DNA from: a bacterium
Lineage (GTDB): Bacteria > Hydrothermota > Tepidihabitantia > Tepidihabitantales > Tepidihabitantaceae
Length of the DNA: 29,859 nt
Direction: 5' to 3'
NCBI GenBank assembly: GCA_046485285.1
Contig: JAWOHE010000033.1
Span: 1 to 29,859, forward strand
The translations under genes and the position numbers were made by a program. Of the stretch, positions 19,311 through 29,129 are shown one piece after another. The notes beneath the pieces are model-generated. The model saw only the letters and a program-made list of their open reading frames with translations. It was not told where the DNA came from and did no database searches. Each line of letters starts with the position of its first letter. The first letter of the stretch is position 1.

Positions 19311-21515
19311 ATGAGCAGAACGACGGTTGTCCTGATCCTGGCGCTGGCCGCGGCGAGCGCGCCCGCGGCGTGGCAGTCAATCGGGCCGGACGGCGGCTAC
19401 ATAATGGCGATGGCAATCAATCCGCGCGATGCCCGGCAGGTCTACGCGACGCCTTACGACTACCCGGACAGCGCGCGGCTGTTCCTGAGCACGGATGCCG
19501 GCGCGAGCTGGCAGGACCAGGGGCGCGTGCCGGATATCTACGTGACCCTCCTGGCCGCCGACCCGCTTGACAACGACCGGGTCTACGCCAGCGGCCGCGG
19601 GAACGTCATCCACAGCTCGACTGACCGCGGCCTGAGCTGGACGAGCAGTTCCCTGCCCGGGTACGGCGTGTCACTGGCGGCGGACCCGCTAACTGCGGGC
19701 CGGGTCTATGTCGGCGGGTACTACTACCACAATGGCGCTTACCGGGCGGCGGCCTACGTGTCGACCAACCACGGCGCGAGCTGGAGCGTCTCGATGCCCT
19801 ACCCGGACACGGTGAGCTACACCTACTCGCTCGCGGCCGACCCGGTTGACGCCGGCACGGTGTATCTCGGCGCCAACTACGCCCAGCTCTTCAAGTCGAC
19901 CGACGGCGGCGCGAACTGGCAGCGGGCGAGCGGCGGCATCCCGCCGGGTTCGTCGGTACAGGGCATCTCGGTCAGCCCGGCCGACAACCGCATCGTCCTC
20001 GCGGCGACGACCGCCGGGTTCTACCGGACGACCGACGGCGGCGCGAGCTGGCAGGCCGCGGGCGCGGTGAGCGGGACGATGAGCGTCGCGTTCTCGCCCG
20101 CTGACGGAAGTGTCGCCTACGGCATCGGCCGAACCGACTCGATGCGGGTCTGCGTGACGACCGACGCGGGGTTGACGTGGAACGTTCCGTCGCCCGGGTA
20201 CGTGACGCTGAAGACCGCGAGCCTCCACGCCGACCCGGGAACCGCGGCAACCGCCTGGGTCAACACCCAGACCGGCATCTATCGGTCGACCGATACCGGC
20301 GCCAACTGGCGCGAAGCCCACACCGGGCTTCGCATCACGAGGATATCCTGCATCAGCCCCAGCCCGGGCGATGGCAGGCGGCTGTACCTGGAGGTTCACG
20401 AGAACGGCATCTTCCGAACCGAGTCGGCCGGCGACAGCTGGACCCGGTGCAACGACTTCCTGTCCTGCGGCAACGTCTGCGGCATCGGGGTCGCGCCCGG
20501 GACCGGCTACGACGTGCTCTATGCGCTCGAAGGCGCAGGCTGAGGGGACGCCGAGCTCTTCAGGAGCACGGACGGCGGGACCGTCTGGACACAGATTGAC
20601 AGCTACCTCGGCGAGGGCGGCGACTGCATCGTTCACCCCGAGGACCCGGAACTCATCGTCTATGGCGGGCAGGGCAATTCCTCGACCAGCAACTGGTCGT
20701 TCGGGCTCTGTCGTTCGACCAACGGCGGGTTGAGCTGGACCCGGATCTTCATCCAGCAGTCGCAGCGCGGCTGGTGCCACGCGCTGGCGGGGGCGGGAGC
20801 GCAGTCCGACATCATCTACGCGGGCGGTTACATTGCCACCGCGGGCGCGGTCGCGCGCTCGACCAACCGGGGCGCGAGCTGGCTCGAGACCGCGGCCGCG
20901 CCGGCCGACACCGTCTTCGGCCTGGCCGTGGACCCGTTCGATGCGGACCGGGTCTTCGCCGCGACCTCGGGCGGCGTCTACCGGACGACGGATGGCGGCG
21001 CCGGCTGGACCCGGGTTTCCACCGAGCGCGGGCTGCGCGCGGTCGCGTTCTATCCCGGCGGGCCGGATACGGTCCTCGCCGGCGGCGACAACGGCGTCCT
21101 GGTCAGCCGCGACCGCGGGCAGAGCTGGCAGGCGATGAGCGAAGGCCTCGCCGGGCAGTCGGTCACCTGCCTCGCGTTCACCGCGACCGACGCCGTCCGG
21201 CTCTACGCCGGAACCGCCCGCGGCGCCGCGTACCGCTACTCGTTCCCGACCGGGGTCGCCGGGCCCGGGTCGGGCCGCGGTCGCGCGGACCGGGCCGGCT
21301 TCCCGGCCATCGTCCGCGGGGTGTTGAGGATTGGCGACCGGGGGCCGGGGACAGGAGACCGGGCGGAACTGCTCGACATCTCCGGCCGGAAGATGATGGA
21401 CCTTGCGCCGGGCGAGAATGACGTGCGGCACCTGTCGCCCGGGGTCTACTTCGTGCGGGCTGTCGGCGGCGAGCCGCCAGCCGCAGGCTGTCAGAAGGTG
21501 GTCGTCACCCGGTAG
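19311..21515 (+). CDS. Secreted Asp-box (BNR) beta-propeller protein with C-terminal sorting-like domain and one in-frame UGA (codon 411); candidate selenoprotein, 734 aa
   Basis: ATG after GGAG; signal peptide; 8 S/T-x-D/N-x-G-x-x-W type repeats before and 5 after the TGA at 20541-20543; frame otherwise open to TAG at 21515. Confidence 0.75.
20551..20587 (+). promoter_or_regulatory. Candidate bacterial SECIS element
   Basis: Hairpin CGGACGG-CGGGA-CCGTCTG (20569-20587), loop 32 nt after the UGA with G at loop position 2; overlapping alternative hairpin 20551-20571. Confidence 0.45.
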
Positions 21516-21558
21516 CGGTCGGGACCGGAGTGAGGCTGAGGCTGAGGTCAAGGCGGAG

Positions 21559-24225
21559 ATGACCCGGGGGCGGTCGTGCCTTGTCCTGCTGTCTCTGGCC
21601 GGGGTCCTGTCCGCCGCGCAGACCGGCAAGCTCGCCGGCCGGGTGCTCGACGCGCGGACCGGGGAGGGTCTCGCGGGCGCGAGCGTGGTGCTGGCCGACG
21701 GCGGGCTGGGCGCGGCGACCGACGATCAGGGTTCCTACGTCGTCCTGAACGTGCCGGTCGGGAGCCACCGGTTGGAGGCGTCGATGGTCGGGTACCGGTC
21801 GGTCGCGGTGACCGGTGTCAAGGTCGAGGCCGACCGGACGACCAGGCAGGTTTTCACGCTGGCCGAGTCCGCGGTGCCGATGCCGGGCGTGGTCGTGCGG
21901 GCGGAGCGGCCGATGGTCTCGAAGGAGGTCACCGCGGCGCGGCTGGCGGTCGGCCGGGACCAGATCGCCTGGCTGCCCGGCGACCGCCTGAGCCAGTTGA
22001 TGGTCTTCGCGCCGGGCGTGGCGAGGACCGAGTCGAGCTTCCACGTCCGGGGCGGCCGGGCGGCCGAGGTGGACTTTCTCGTCGACGGGGTGAGCGTCGT
22101 GGACCCGCTGTCCGGCGAGTTCGGCCTCGAGCTGTCGCGCGGGGTTGCCGACGAGGTGGTGTTCCTGCCCGGCGGGTTCTCCGCCGAGTACGGCCGGGCG
22201 ATGTCCGGCATCATCAATCTCGTGACCGTGAACCCGCGCCGGGAGTTCGGCGCCGGCTACCGGGCAAAGTCCGAGAAGCCGATGCCGGCCTGGTACGATT
22301 TCGGCTACACCGACCAGGGCGCGCAGGTGCACCTGCCGTTGCTCAAGGGCCTGCGCTCAGTAATCAACGTCGGCGTGACGACGACCGACGACTGGGACCC
22401 GCGGCTGTTCCGCCTGCCGCACAAGGCCCGGGCCGACTACTCGCTCTACGGCAAGCTGGTCGGCGAGCTGGGCGGGACGTTGCGGCTGTCCGCGTCGGGC
22501 GCGCTGTCCCGGGCCCAGTTCGACCGCTACAAGTCCGAGTGGCGGCTGATTCTCGACGACTACCGGAGTGATTTTCGGCGCGGGAACCTGCTGGTCGGCC
22601 GGCTGACCTGGATGCCGACGTCGCGGGAGTTCTACGACCTGGCGCTGTCGCGGTTCGAGACCGGTCGGACCTACGGGGTGCGGGATACCGGCGCGGTCCG
22701 TGCCTTCCGGGACTTCACGTTCCTCGACACGGGCGAGTACGAGGTCCCGGGCTGGGACATCGACAACCCGTGGGGGATGCCCTATGAGAACTACTGGTTC
22801 TTCCTGACCCGGGGCACGTTCGACGAGTGGCGGCAGACCCGGACCGAGGTGCTGGCGGCGCGGGCGACCGCCAACCGACAGCTCAACGCCAACCACCAGC
22901 TCACGCTCGGCGCGAATGGGGACCTCTACGACGTCTCGAGCGACCGCGTGCGCTGGCCGGCGTTCAACCCGGTCATCGACACGTACCGGGTCAGGCCGGC
23001 GCGGCTCGCGGCCTGGGTGCAGGACCGGGTCGAGTACGAGGGCATGTACGCCGACGCGGGCGTGCGCTGGGACCGGTTCGACGCCGCGGACTCGGTGCGC
23101 GCGCAGTCCGGACCGGACGGCTGGCTCAGGGTGCCGGCGCGCCAGCAGTTTTCACCGCGGCTGGGCGCGTCGTTCCGCATCACCGAGTGGCTGTTTGCCC
23201 GCGCGAACTACGGCTACTACTTCCAGGTCCCGCTGTTCAGCGCGCTCTACGACAACACCCGAAGTCCGGTGCGCTACCGGACCGTCTACGGCGACTCCCT
23301 GCTCGTCGTCGGCAACCCGGAGCTCAAGCCGGAGCGGACCCAGGCCTGGGAGCTAGGCGTCCAGGGCGAGGTCCGGCCCGGCCTGCTCCTGACCGTCAAC
23401 CTGTGGCGCAAGGATGTCTTCGACCTGCTCCGGACCGTCGAAGTCCCGGCCCTGCCGATGCGGTACGTCAGCTACGCCAACGTCGACTACGCGAAGCTGA
23501 CCGGCGGCGAGTTCATCGTCGAGGTCCGCCGGCCCTGGGTCGGCGCGAAGCTGGCGTACACCCTGTCCTGGGCAGTCGGGACGAGCTCGCACGCCAACGA
23601 GTACTACGACGAGTTCGCCAGCCGTGGCGATACCGCGCGGATGGTCGAGTACCCGCTTGACTTCGACCAGCGCAACCGGTTCTTCCTGCAGGCGGATTTC
23701 ACGCCGCCGGAGCGGGGCACCGGCGCGGCCTGGCTCGACGCCGCACTTGACCGGAGCGCGCTCCACATCCTTGGCTACCTCGGCAACGGCTTCCCTTACT
23801 CGGAGCCGGCCGAGAAGCGGGACCCGAAGACCTGGAATACCCGGCTCTCGCCCTGGCGGTCGAACGTCGACGCGGTCGTCACCAGGGGGTTCCGGTTCGG
23901 CCGGCTCGAGCTGGCGCTCATCGCCGAGGTGCTGAACGTCCTGGACATCCGGGACGTCCTCTACGTCTACCCGACGTCGGGCGAGCCCAACACCGACAAC
24001 CTCGCCCCGAAGCGGACCGACCCGCTGTTCTGGCGCACCGGCGAGAGCGCGATGCGCTTCGGCGACCGCGACTACGACCCCCGCCGCGACTTCAACCACG
24101 ACGGGTTCCTGTCGCCGGACGAGGAGTTCCGCGCCACCTACAGCTACCACCGGGCCTCGATGGACTGGGTCAACAACTACGGCCCGCCGCGCCGGGCCCG
24201 GCTCGGGTTCGAGGTGGCGTGGTGA
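21559..24225 (+). CDS. TonB-dependent receptor with N-terminal carboxypeptidase-regulatory-like domain
   Basis: Signal peptide; GKLAGRVLDARTGEGLAGASV; plug HVRGGR...VDG...GGFSAEYG; FSPRLG; GNPELKPERT; terminal RLGFEVAW. Confidence 0.9.
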   Translation: MTRGRSCLVLLSLAGVLSAAQTGKLAGRVLDARTGEGLAGASVVLADGGLGAATDDQGSYVVLNVPVGSHRLEASMVGYRSVAVTGVKVEADRTTRQVFTLAESAVPMPGVVVRAERPMVSKEVTAARLAVGRDQIAWLPGDRLSQLMVFAPGVARTESSFHVRGGRAAEVDFLVDGVSVVDPLSGEFGLELSRGVADEVVFLPGGFSAEYGRAMSGIINLVTVNPRREFGAGYRAKSEKPMPAWYDFGYTDQGAQVHLPLLKGLRSVINVGVTTTDDWDPRLFRLPHKARADYSLYGKLVGELGGTLRLSASGALSRAQFDRYKSEWRLILDDYRSDFRRGNLLVGRLTWMPTSREFYDLALSRFETGRTYGVRDTGAVRAFRDFTFLDTGEYEVPGWDIDNPWGMPYENYWFFLTRGTFDEWRQTRTEVLAARATANRQLNANHQLTLGANGDLYDVSSDRVRWPAFNPVIDTYRVRPARLAAWVQDRVEYEGMYADAGVRWDRFDAADSVRAQSGPDGWLRVPARQQFSPRLGASFRITEWLFARANYGYYFQVPLFSALYDNTRSPVRYRTVYGDSLLVVGNPELKPERTQAWELGVQGEVRPGLLLTVNLWRKDVFDLLRTVEVPALPMRYVSYANVDYAKLTGGEFIVEVRRPWVGAKLAYTLSWAVGTSSHANEYYDEFASRGDTARMVEYPLDFDQRNRFFLQADFTPPERGTGAAWLDAALDRSALHILGYLGNGFPYSEPAEKRDPKTWNTRLSPWRSNVDAVVTRGFRFGRLELALIAEVLNVLDIRDVLYVYPTSGEPNTDNLAPKRTDPLFWRTGESAMRFGDRDYDPRRDFNHDGFLSPDEEFRATYSYHRASMDWVNNYGPPRRARLGFEVAW

Positions 24226-24288
24226 CGCCCTGCTGACCGGCGGCGGCGCGATGAGTAACGCGCGGGGCCGGGCCGGCGTCGAACCGTC

Positions 24289-27200
24289 GTGAGCCCTGCA
24301 AGCGGTCGGCCGGGCCGGGAACTGCGCGCCCGCCTTGCCGGGTTCCTTCGTCGCCGGCTCGCCAATGACCTCGCCGCGCTCCTCCTGCTCCTGCTCGGCC
24401 TGCTCACGGCCGGTGTCGCGGTCGCGGCGCTCGCGTTCTGGAGCGGCTGGACGCTGGTCCTGCTCGCGGTGCCGTTCGGCTTCGCCTGCCGGCGCTGGCT
24501 GGCCGGCCTTCGCCGGCGCGCGCTCGGCTACGCGGTCGAGGCCGAGTTCCCGGCGCTGGCCGGGAGGCTCGTCGCCGCGCTCGACCTCGCCGACGGCGGG
24601 GAGACGCGCGAGGCGTACTCGGCCGAGCTTCGGGCGGCGGCGGTGCGCGCGGTCGAGGAACAGGCCCGGGAGCTCGACTTCGGCCGGGCGTGCCGGCGCG
24701 GGCGCGTGATGCGGGCCGGGTTTGTCGCCGTCGTCGGCGCCGGGCTCCTGCTCGGCGCGCGGCTGACGTTCCCGGCGCGGTTCGGGGTCGGCGTCGCCAA
24801 TGCGTTCGCACCCGGCCGCCTGTCGGTCCGGCTCGGCGTCGCGCCGGGCGACACCGCGGTGATGCCCGGGACCGAGCTCGAGCTGGTCTGCCGGGTCGAG
24901 CCGCCGGGCGTGTTCCGGGCAGTTAGTTTCGAGCAGCCCGGCCGGCGCGCGCGGCGGGTGCCGCTCGCCGGCGACACCGCCCGGGTGCGGCTGTACGCGG
25001 CGCGGGAACAGCGCTACCGGTTTCGGGTGCTGGGCACGGCCTCGGCCGAGCACCGCGTGCGGGTGCTCGAGCCGCTCAGCATCGAGGAGCTCGGCTTCAC
25101 CTGCCGCTACCCGCCTCACACCGGTCTGCCCGATACCCGGAGCGCGGGACCGGACCTTTCCGCGCCGGTCGGGTCGGAGTTCGCGGTCGTGGGCCGCGCC
25201 AGTCAGGAGCTCGCGGCCGGGCGGCTATCCTTCGCGGCCGAGACGGTCGCGCTCGAGCCCGGGCCGGGCGGCCGTTTCGCAGGGAGATTCCGGGTGCGCG
25301 CGGATGGCCGCGGGGTCTTCGAACTGCTCGGCGACTCCGGTGGCGCCTTCCAGGTCTGCGGGCACGTGACGCTGCGGGCGGTGCCGGACGAGAGCCCGCT
25401 GGTTCGAATCCTTCGGCCGGGCCGGGACGTCGAGCTGCCGATGACGATGCGGCTTCCCCTTGCCATCAACAGCCTCGACGACTACGGCCTCGGCACGCTC
25501 TGGTTGCGCTGGGGCCGGGAGAGCCTTGACACCCGGGTGCGCGTCAAGGGTCTGGCCGGCCGCCGCGAGGACACGACACTCCACGTCTGGGACCTATCCG
25601 GGTTCGGCATCCTGCCCGGCGACGCCGTCCGCTACCGGGCCGAGGTGACCGACAACGACGCGGTTTCGGGGCCGAAGACCGGCCGGAGCGAGGTCTTCGA
25701 GGTGCGCTTCCCGACGATGGCCGAGATCTACAACGCCTCGGTGCGCCAGGCCGAGGTCACCCGCAGCGAGCTCGCGCCGCTCAGCGAGCTCCAGGAGCGG
25801 TTGACCGAGGAGGTCGGCCGGCTCGGCGAGCAGGCCCGGGGCGCGGGCGAGCTGAGCTGGGAGGAGCGCCAGGCGCTCGGCGACCTGCTCGCCGAGCAGC
25901 AGGACCTCGCGGCTGAGATCAGTGACCTGCGCGAGCAGGTCCGCCGGACGATGGACGACATCTACGACGGCGTCGCCTACGACGAGGAGACGATGCGCCG
26001 GCTCGGCGAGCTCGAACGGCTGCTGTCCGAGCTCCTGCCCCGCGAGCTGGCCGAGTCGCTCGAGCGCCTGCGCGAGAAGCTCGGCGAGTCGGGCCCGGAG
26101 CTCCGGGCCGCGCTCGGGCAGTTCGAGTTCGACCAGGAGCAGCTCCGGCGCGGCCTCGACGACGCGCTCGAGTTTCTCCGCCAGGTGATGGAGGAGCAGC
26201 AGCTTGAGGCGCTGGCCCGGACCGCTGAGGAGCTGGCCCGGGTCGAGGACGACATCGCCCGGCGCGCGCCGGGCGAGCCCGCCGACAAGCTCGGCCGCGA
26301 GCAGGAGGCGCTGTCGGACGCGCTCGACAGCCTGCTCGCCGGCATCGAGGAACTGGCCGGGGAGATGTCGGACTCCGCGGCGGCCGGGGCGCTCGCCGAG
26401 CTTGCCGGGCAGGCGGAGCAGGACCGGCTCAGCGCCGAGGCCCGCGCGTCGGCGGCGCAGTTCCGGCAGGGCCGGCCCGGACCAGCGCAGGAGCAGGCTT
26501 CCGAGGTCGCGCGCAAGCTCGGCGAGCTCGGCACGTCGCTAGGCGACCTCGGCGGCGACCTGAAGCGCAGGCGGTCGGAAGACCTCGCCGGCAGGCTCGG
26601 GGCCGCGGTCGAGGAGCTGTTGATGCTTTCCCGGACCCAGGAGGAACTCGAGCGGCAGATTGCCGAGACGCGCGAGACCGGGCCGGCAATCGGCAGGCAG
26701 ATGGGGCTCCACGACGCGACCGGGGTCATCGCCGAGAGCCTCGCCGCGCTGCCGAACCGGACGCTGTCGGTTTCCGGCCGGCTGGTCGGCGAGCTCGGCC
26801 GGGCGCGCGAGGCGATGAAGTCGGCCGGGCAGGACCTGCTCGAGGCCCGCGCCGCCGCGGCGGGCCGGCGGATGGCCGAGGCCCGGGCCTCGCTCGACCG
26901 GGTCGCGGCCGGCCTGCTCGAGGCGATGGCCTCCGCGGAACGGGGCGGCGGGATGTCGGGCGGGTTCGAGGGCCTGATGGAGGCGCTGTCCCGGCTCGCG
27001 GCCGGGCAGATGTCGGTCAACATCGGGACCGGCGGCCTGCCGATACCGATGCCGGGCGGGATGAGCCCCGGCCTGGCCGAGGCGCTCGGCCGCCTGCTTG
27101 CCCAGCAGGGCGCCCTGCGCGAGCGGCTCGAGCATATGCTCGACCAGCTCGGCGGCGAGCGGCCCGGGCTGACCTCGGCGCTTGACGGGCTGGTCGAGGA

Positions 27201-27510
27201 GATGAGGCAGGTCGAGCGGGACTTTGCCGAGATGAGCATCCAGCGCGAGCTAATCGCGCGGCAGGAGGGGATCCTTTCCCGCCTTCTCGACGCCCAGCGC
27301 AGCGTCCGCCAGCAGGGTCGCAAGGAGGAGCGCGAGTCCGAGACTGCCGGCGCGTTCGAGCGCGACCCGGTGCCGGGCCTGCCCGAGGATCGGGGCGAAC
27401 GCAACCGCCTGCTTCGCGAGGAGCTGATGCGGTCCCTGCGCGAGGGGCGGCTGGGCCGGTTCGAGCCCCAGGTCCGGCGATACTTCGAGCACCTGCTCGA
27501 GGAGCAGTGA
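24289..27510 (+). CDS. Large membrane-anchored coiled-coil protein, DUF4175-like
   Basis: N-terminal TM helices, beta-rich middle (DDYGL; DNDAVSGPK), long Glu/Gln coiled coil, C-terminal ILSRLLDAQRS...VRRYFEHL. Confidence 0.75.
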   Translation: MSPASGRPGRELRARLAGFLRRRLANDLAALLLLLLGLLTAGVAVAALAFWSGWTLVLLAVPFGFACRRWLAGLRRRALGYAVEAEFPALAGRLVAALDLADGGETREAYSAELRAAAVRAVEEQARELDFGRACRRGRVMRAGFVAVVGAGLLLGARLTFPARFGVGVANAFAPGRLSVRLGVAPGDTAVMPGTELELVCRVEPPGVFRAVSFEQPGRRARRVPLAGDTARVRLYAAREQRYRFRVLGTASAEHRVRVLEPLSIEELGFTCRYPPHTGLPDTRSAGPDLSAPVGSEFAVVGRASQELAAGRLSFAAETVALEPGPGGRFAGRFRVRADGRGVFELLGDSGGAFQVCGHVTLRAVPDESPLVRILRPGRDVELPMTMRLPLAINSLDDYGLGTLWLRWGRESLDTRVRVKGLAGRREDTTLHVWDLSGFGILPGDAVRYRAEVTDNDAVSGPKTGRSEVFEVRFPTMAEIYNASVRQAEVTRSELAPLSELQERLTEEVGRLGEQARGAGELSWEERQALGDLLAEQQDLAAEISDLREQVRRTMDDIYDGVAYDEETMRRLGELERLLSELLPRELAESLERLREKLGESGPELRAALGQFEFDQEQLRRGLDDALEFLRQVMEEQQLEALARTAEELARVEDDIARRAPGEPADKLGREQEALSDALDSLLAGIEELAGEMSDSAAAGALAELAGQAEQDRLSAEARASAAQFRQGRPGPAQEQASEVARKLGELGTSLGDLGGDLKRRRSEDLAGRLGAAVEELLMLSRTQEELERQIAETRETGPAIGRQMGLHDATGVIAESLAALPNRTLSVSGRLVGELGRAREAMKSAGQDLLEARAAAAGRRMAEARASLDRVAAGLLEAMASAERGGGMSGGFEGLMEALSRLAAGQMSVNIGTGGLPIPMPGGMSPGLAEALGRLLAQQGALRERLEHMLDQLGGERPGLTSALDGLVEEMRQVERDFAEMSIQRELIARQEGILSRLLDAQRSVRQQGRKEERESETAGAFERDPVPGLPEDRGERNRLLREELMRSLREGRLGRFEPQVRRYFEHLLEEQ

Positions 27511-29129
27511 TGCGGTCGGCGATTCTCCTGCTTTTGCTTGCCGGCGTCGGTGTCGGTCAGACGATCGGCAATGCCCGGGTCCTTGAACAGGCCGGCCAGT
27601 ACGACGCCGCGCTCGTCGAGTACCGGGCCGTGCTCGAGCGCGCGCCGGCCGACTTCTCCGCTTACGCGGGACTGCGCCGGCTGGCGGTCGAGCAGGGCCG
27701 GTTCGGCCTGCTCGATAGCGTCAGCGCCCGGCTCGGCGCGCTGTACCCGGAGCGCGCAGACTACGCCTTCGCCCGGATCGAAGCCCTGCTCGGCCGCCGC
27801 CGGCCGGGCGAGGCAAGCGCCCTCGCGCGCGACGCGGTCCGGCGCTGGCCCGCGCTGGCCCTCGCGCTGACCGACATCCTCGAGGGCTCGGGCGACCTGC
27901 GCCTCGCCGCCGAGTTCCTGGTCGCGAGCCGCGCCGCGGCCGGGGCGCAGCCGGCCAGCCGTCGGCTCGTCGAACTCTACGAGCGCCAGCAGCGGCACGC
28001 CGACGCGGCCCGCGAGCTCGTGACGCTGGCCGGCGCGGACCCGCGGGCCGCGGCCGGGCTCCTGCCGCGACTGCGCGAGTACGGCGCCCGGCCGGGCTGG
28101 CGCGCGGTGCTGGCCGAGGCGCGCCGGCTGCCCGAAGGGCTCCGGGCGCGGGGCGAGGCCGAGGTCCTGCTCGGTGCGGGCCGGGAGGCCGAGGCGGCGG
28201 CCGCGGCGCGGGCCGGGCTGGCGCGCGACGAGCTTCGGGCCTTCGCGGCCGAGGCGGAAGCGGCCGGTGCGTTGCGGGCCGCGCTCGCGCTCTACGAGGA
28301 GCTCGGGCTCGCGGCCGACCAGGCCCGGGTACTGCGTGAGCTGGGGCGGGTCGACGAAGCGGTCCGGCTCCTGCGCGAGGAGCGGACGCCTGAGGCCCGG
28401 TTCGAACTCGCCCAGCTCGAGCGGCTGGTCCGGAAGGACCACGCCGCGGCGGCGCGGAGCTACGCCGAGGTCCTGCGCGGCCGGCCCGGCGACCCCGGGG
28501 CTTCGTGGGGCCTGGCCGCGTCGCGGCTTGCGACCGGTGACACGGCCGGCGCCCGGCAGGCGCTCGACGCCATCGCCCACCCGGCGGACAGCGTCATCCT
28601 GTTCCAGGCGCGGCTCGCGTTCTACGCCGGGTCGGCCGACACGCTCCGCCGGATTGCCGGCCGGCTCCAGTCCCGCTACCCGGCCAGCCCGCGCGTCAAC
28701 GACGCGCTCGAGTTGGTCCTGCTCGCGGCGGCGGGCGAGAAGTCCCTGCCGCTCGCCCGTGCGATGCTCGCGTTCGAGACCGGCCATGCCGACCTCGCGC
28801 TGGCCGAGGCCCGGCGGCTCGCCGGCGGCCACGACGCGGCGGCGGAGCACGCGCTGCTGCTCGTTGCCCGGGCGTTGGCGGAACGGGGCGAGCCGCGGGC
28901 CGCGTTCGCGGCACTCGACTCGTTCCCGGCCCGGTTCCCGGCCAGCCCACGCCAGGCCCGTGCGCTCTATGAACAGTCCCGGCTCGCCGCGGCGATTGGC
29001 GACGACAACCTCCGGCTGCGGCTGCTCGAGAAGCTCGCGCTCGAGCACCCGGACTCGCCCTATGCCATCGTCGGCCGGTCAATCCGCGCCGAGTTGGTCC
29101 GGCCGCAGGAATCACCGGTCGTCCGCTGA
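27510..29129 (+). CDS. Secreted TPR protein
   Basis: TGATG overlap with the upstream gene, SD GAGGAG; signal peptide; TPR-like helices; YPASPR/HPDSPY motifs. Confidence 0.8.
   Translation: MRSAILLLLLAGVGVGQTIGNARVLEQAGQYDAALVEYRAVLERAPADFSAYAGLRRLAVEQGRFGLLDSVSARLGALYPERADYAFARIEALLGRRRPGEASALARDAVRRWPALALALTDILEGSGDLRLAAEFLVASRAAAGAQPASRRLVELYERQQRHADAARELVTLAGADPRAAAGLLPRLREYGARPGWRAVLAEARRLPEGLRARGEAEVLLGAGREAEAAAAARAGLARDELRAFAAEAEAAGALRAALALYEELGLAADQARVLRELGRVDEAVRLLREERTPEARFELAQLERLVRKDHAAAARSYAEVLRGRPGDPGASWGLAASRLATGDTAGARQALDAIAHPADSVILFQARLAFYAGSADTLRRIAGRLQSRYPASPRVNDALELVLLAAAGEKSLPLARAMLAFETGHADLALAEARRLAGGHDAAAEHALLLVARALAERGEPRAAFAALDSFPARFPASPRQARALYEQSRLAAAIGDDNLRLRLLEKLALEHPDSPYAIVGRSIRAELVRPQESPVVR

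Noticed and set aside
20541-20543. Genome-wide UGA reassignment (genetic code 4 or 25)
   Set aside because: TGA is the evident stop of many genes here (for example 6482, 13490, 24225, 29129, and malic enzyme), and no other conserved gene is interrupted by TGA.
20730-21515. ORF-track entry as an independent gene
   Set aside because: Its TTG start lies inside an Asp-box, with no SD or signal peptide, and coding character extends in frame back to the TGA at 20541.
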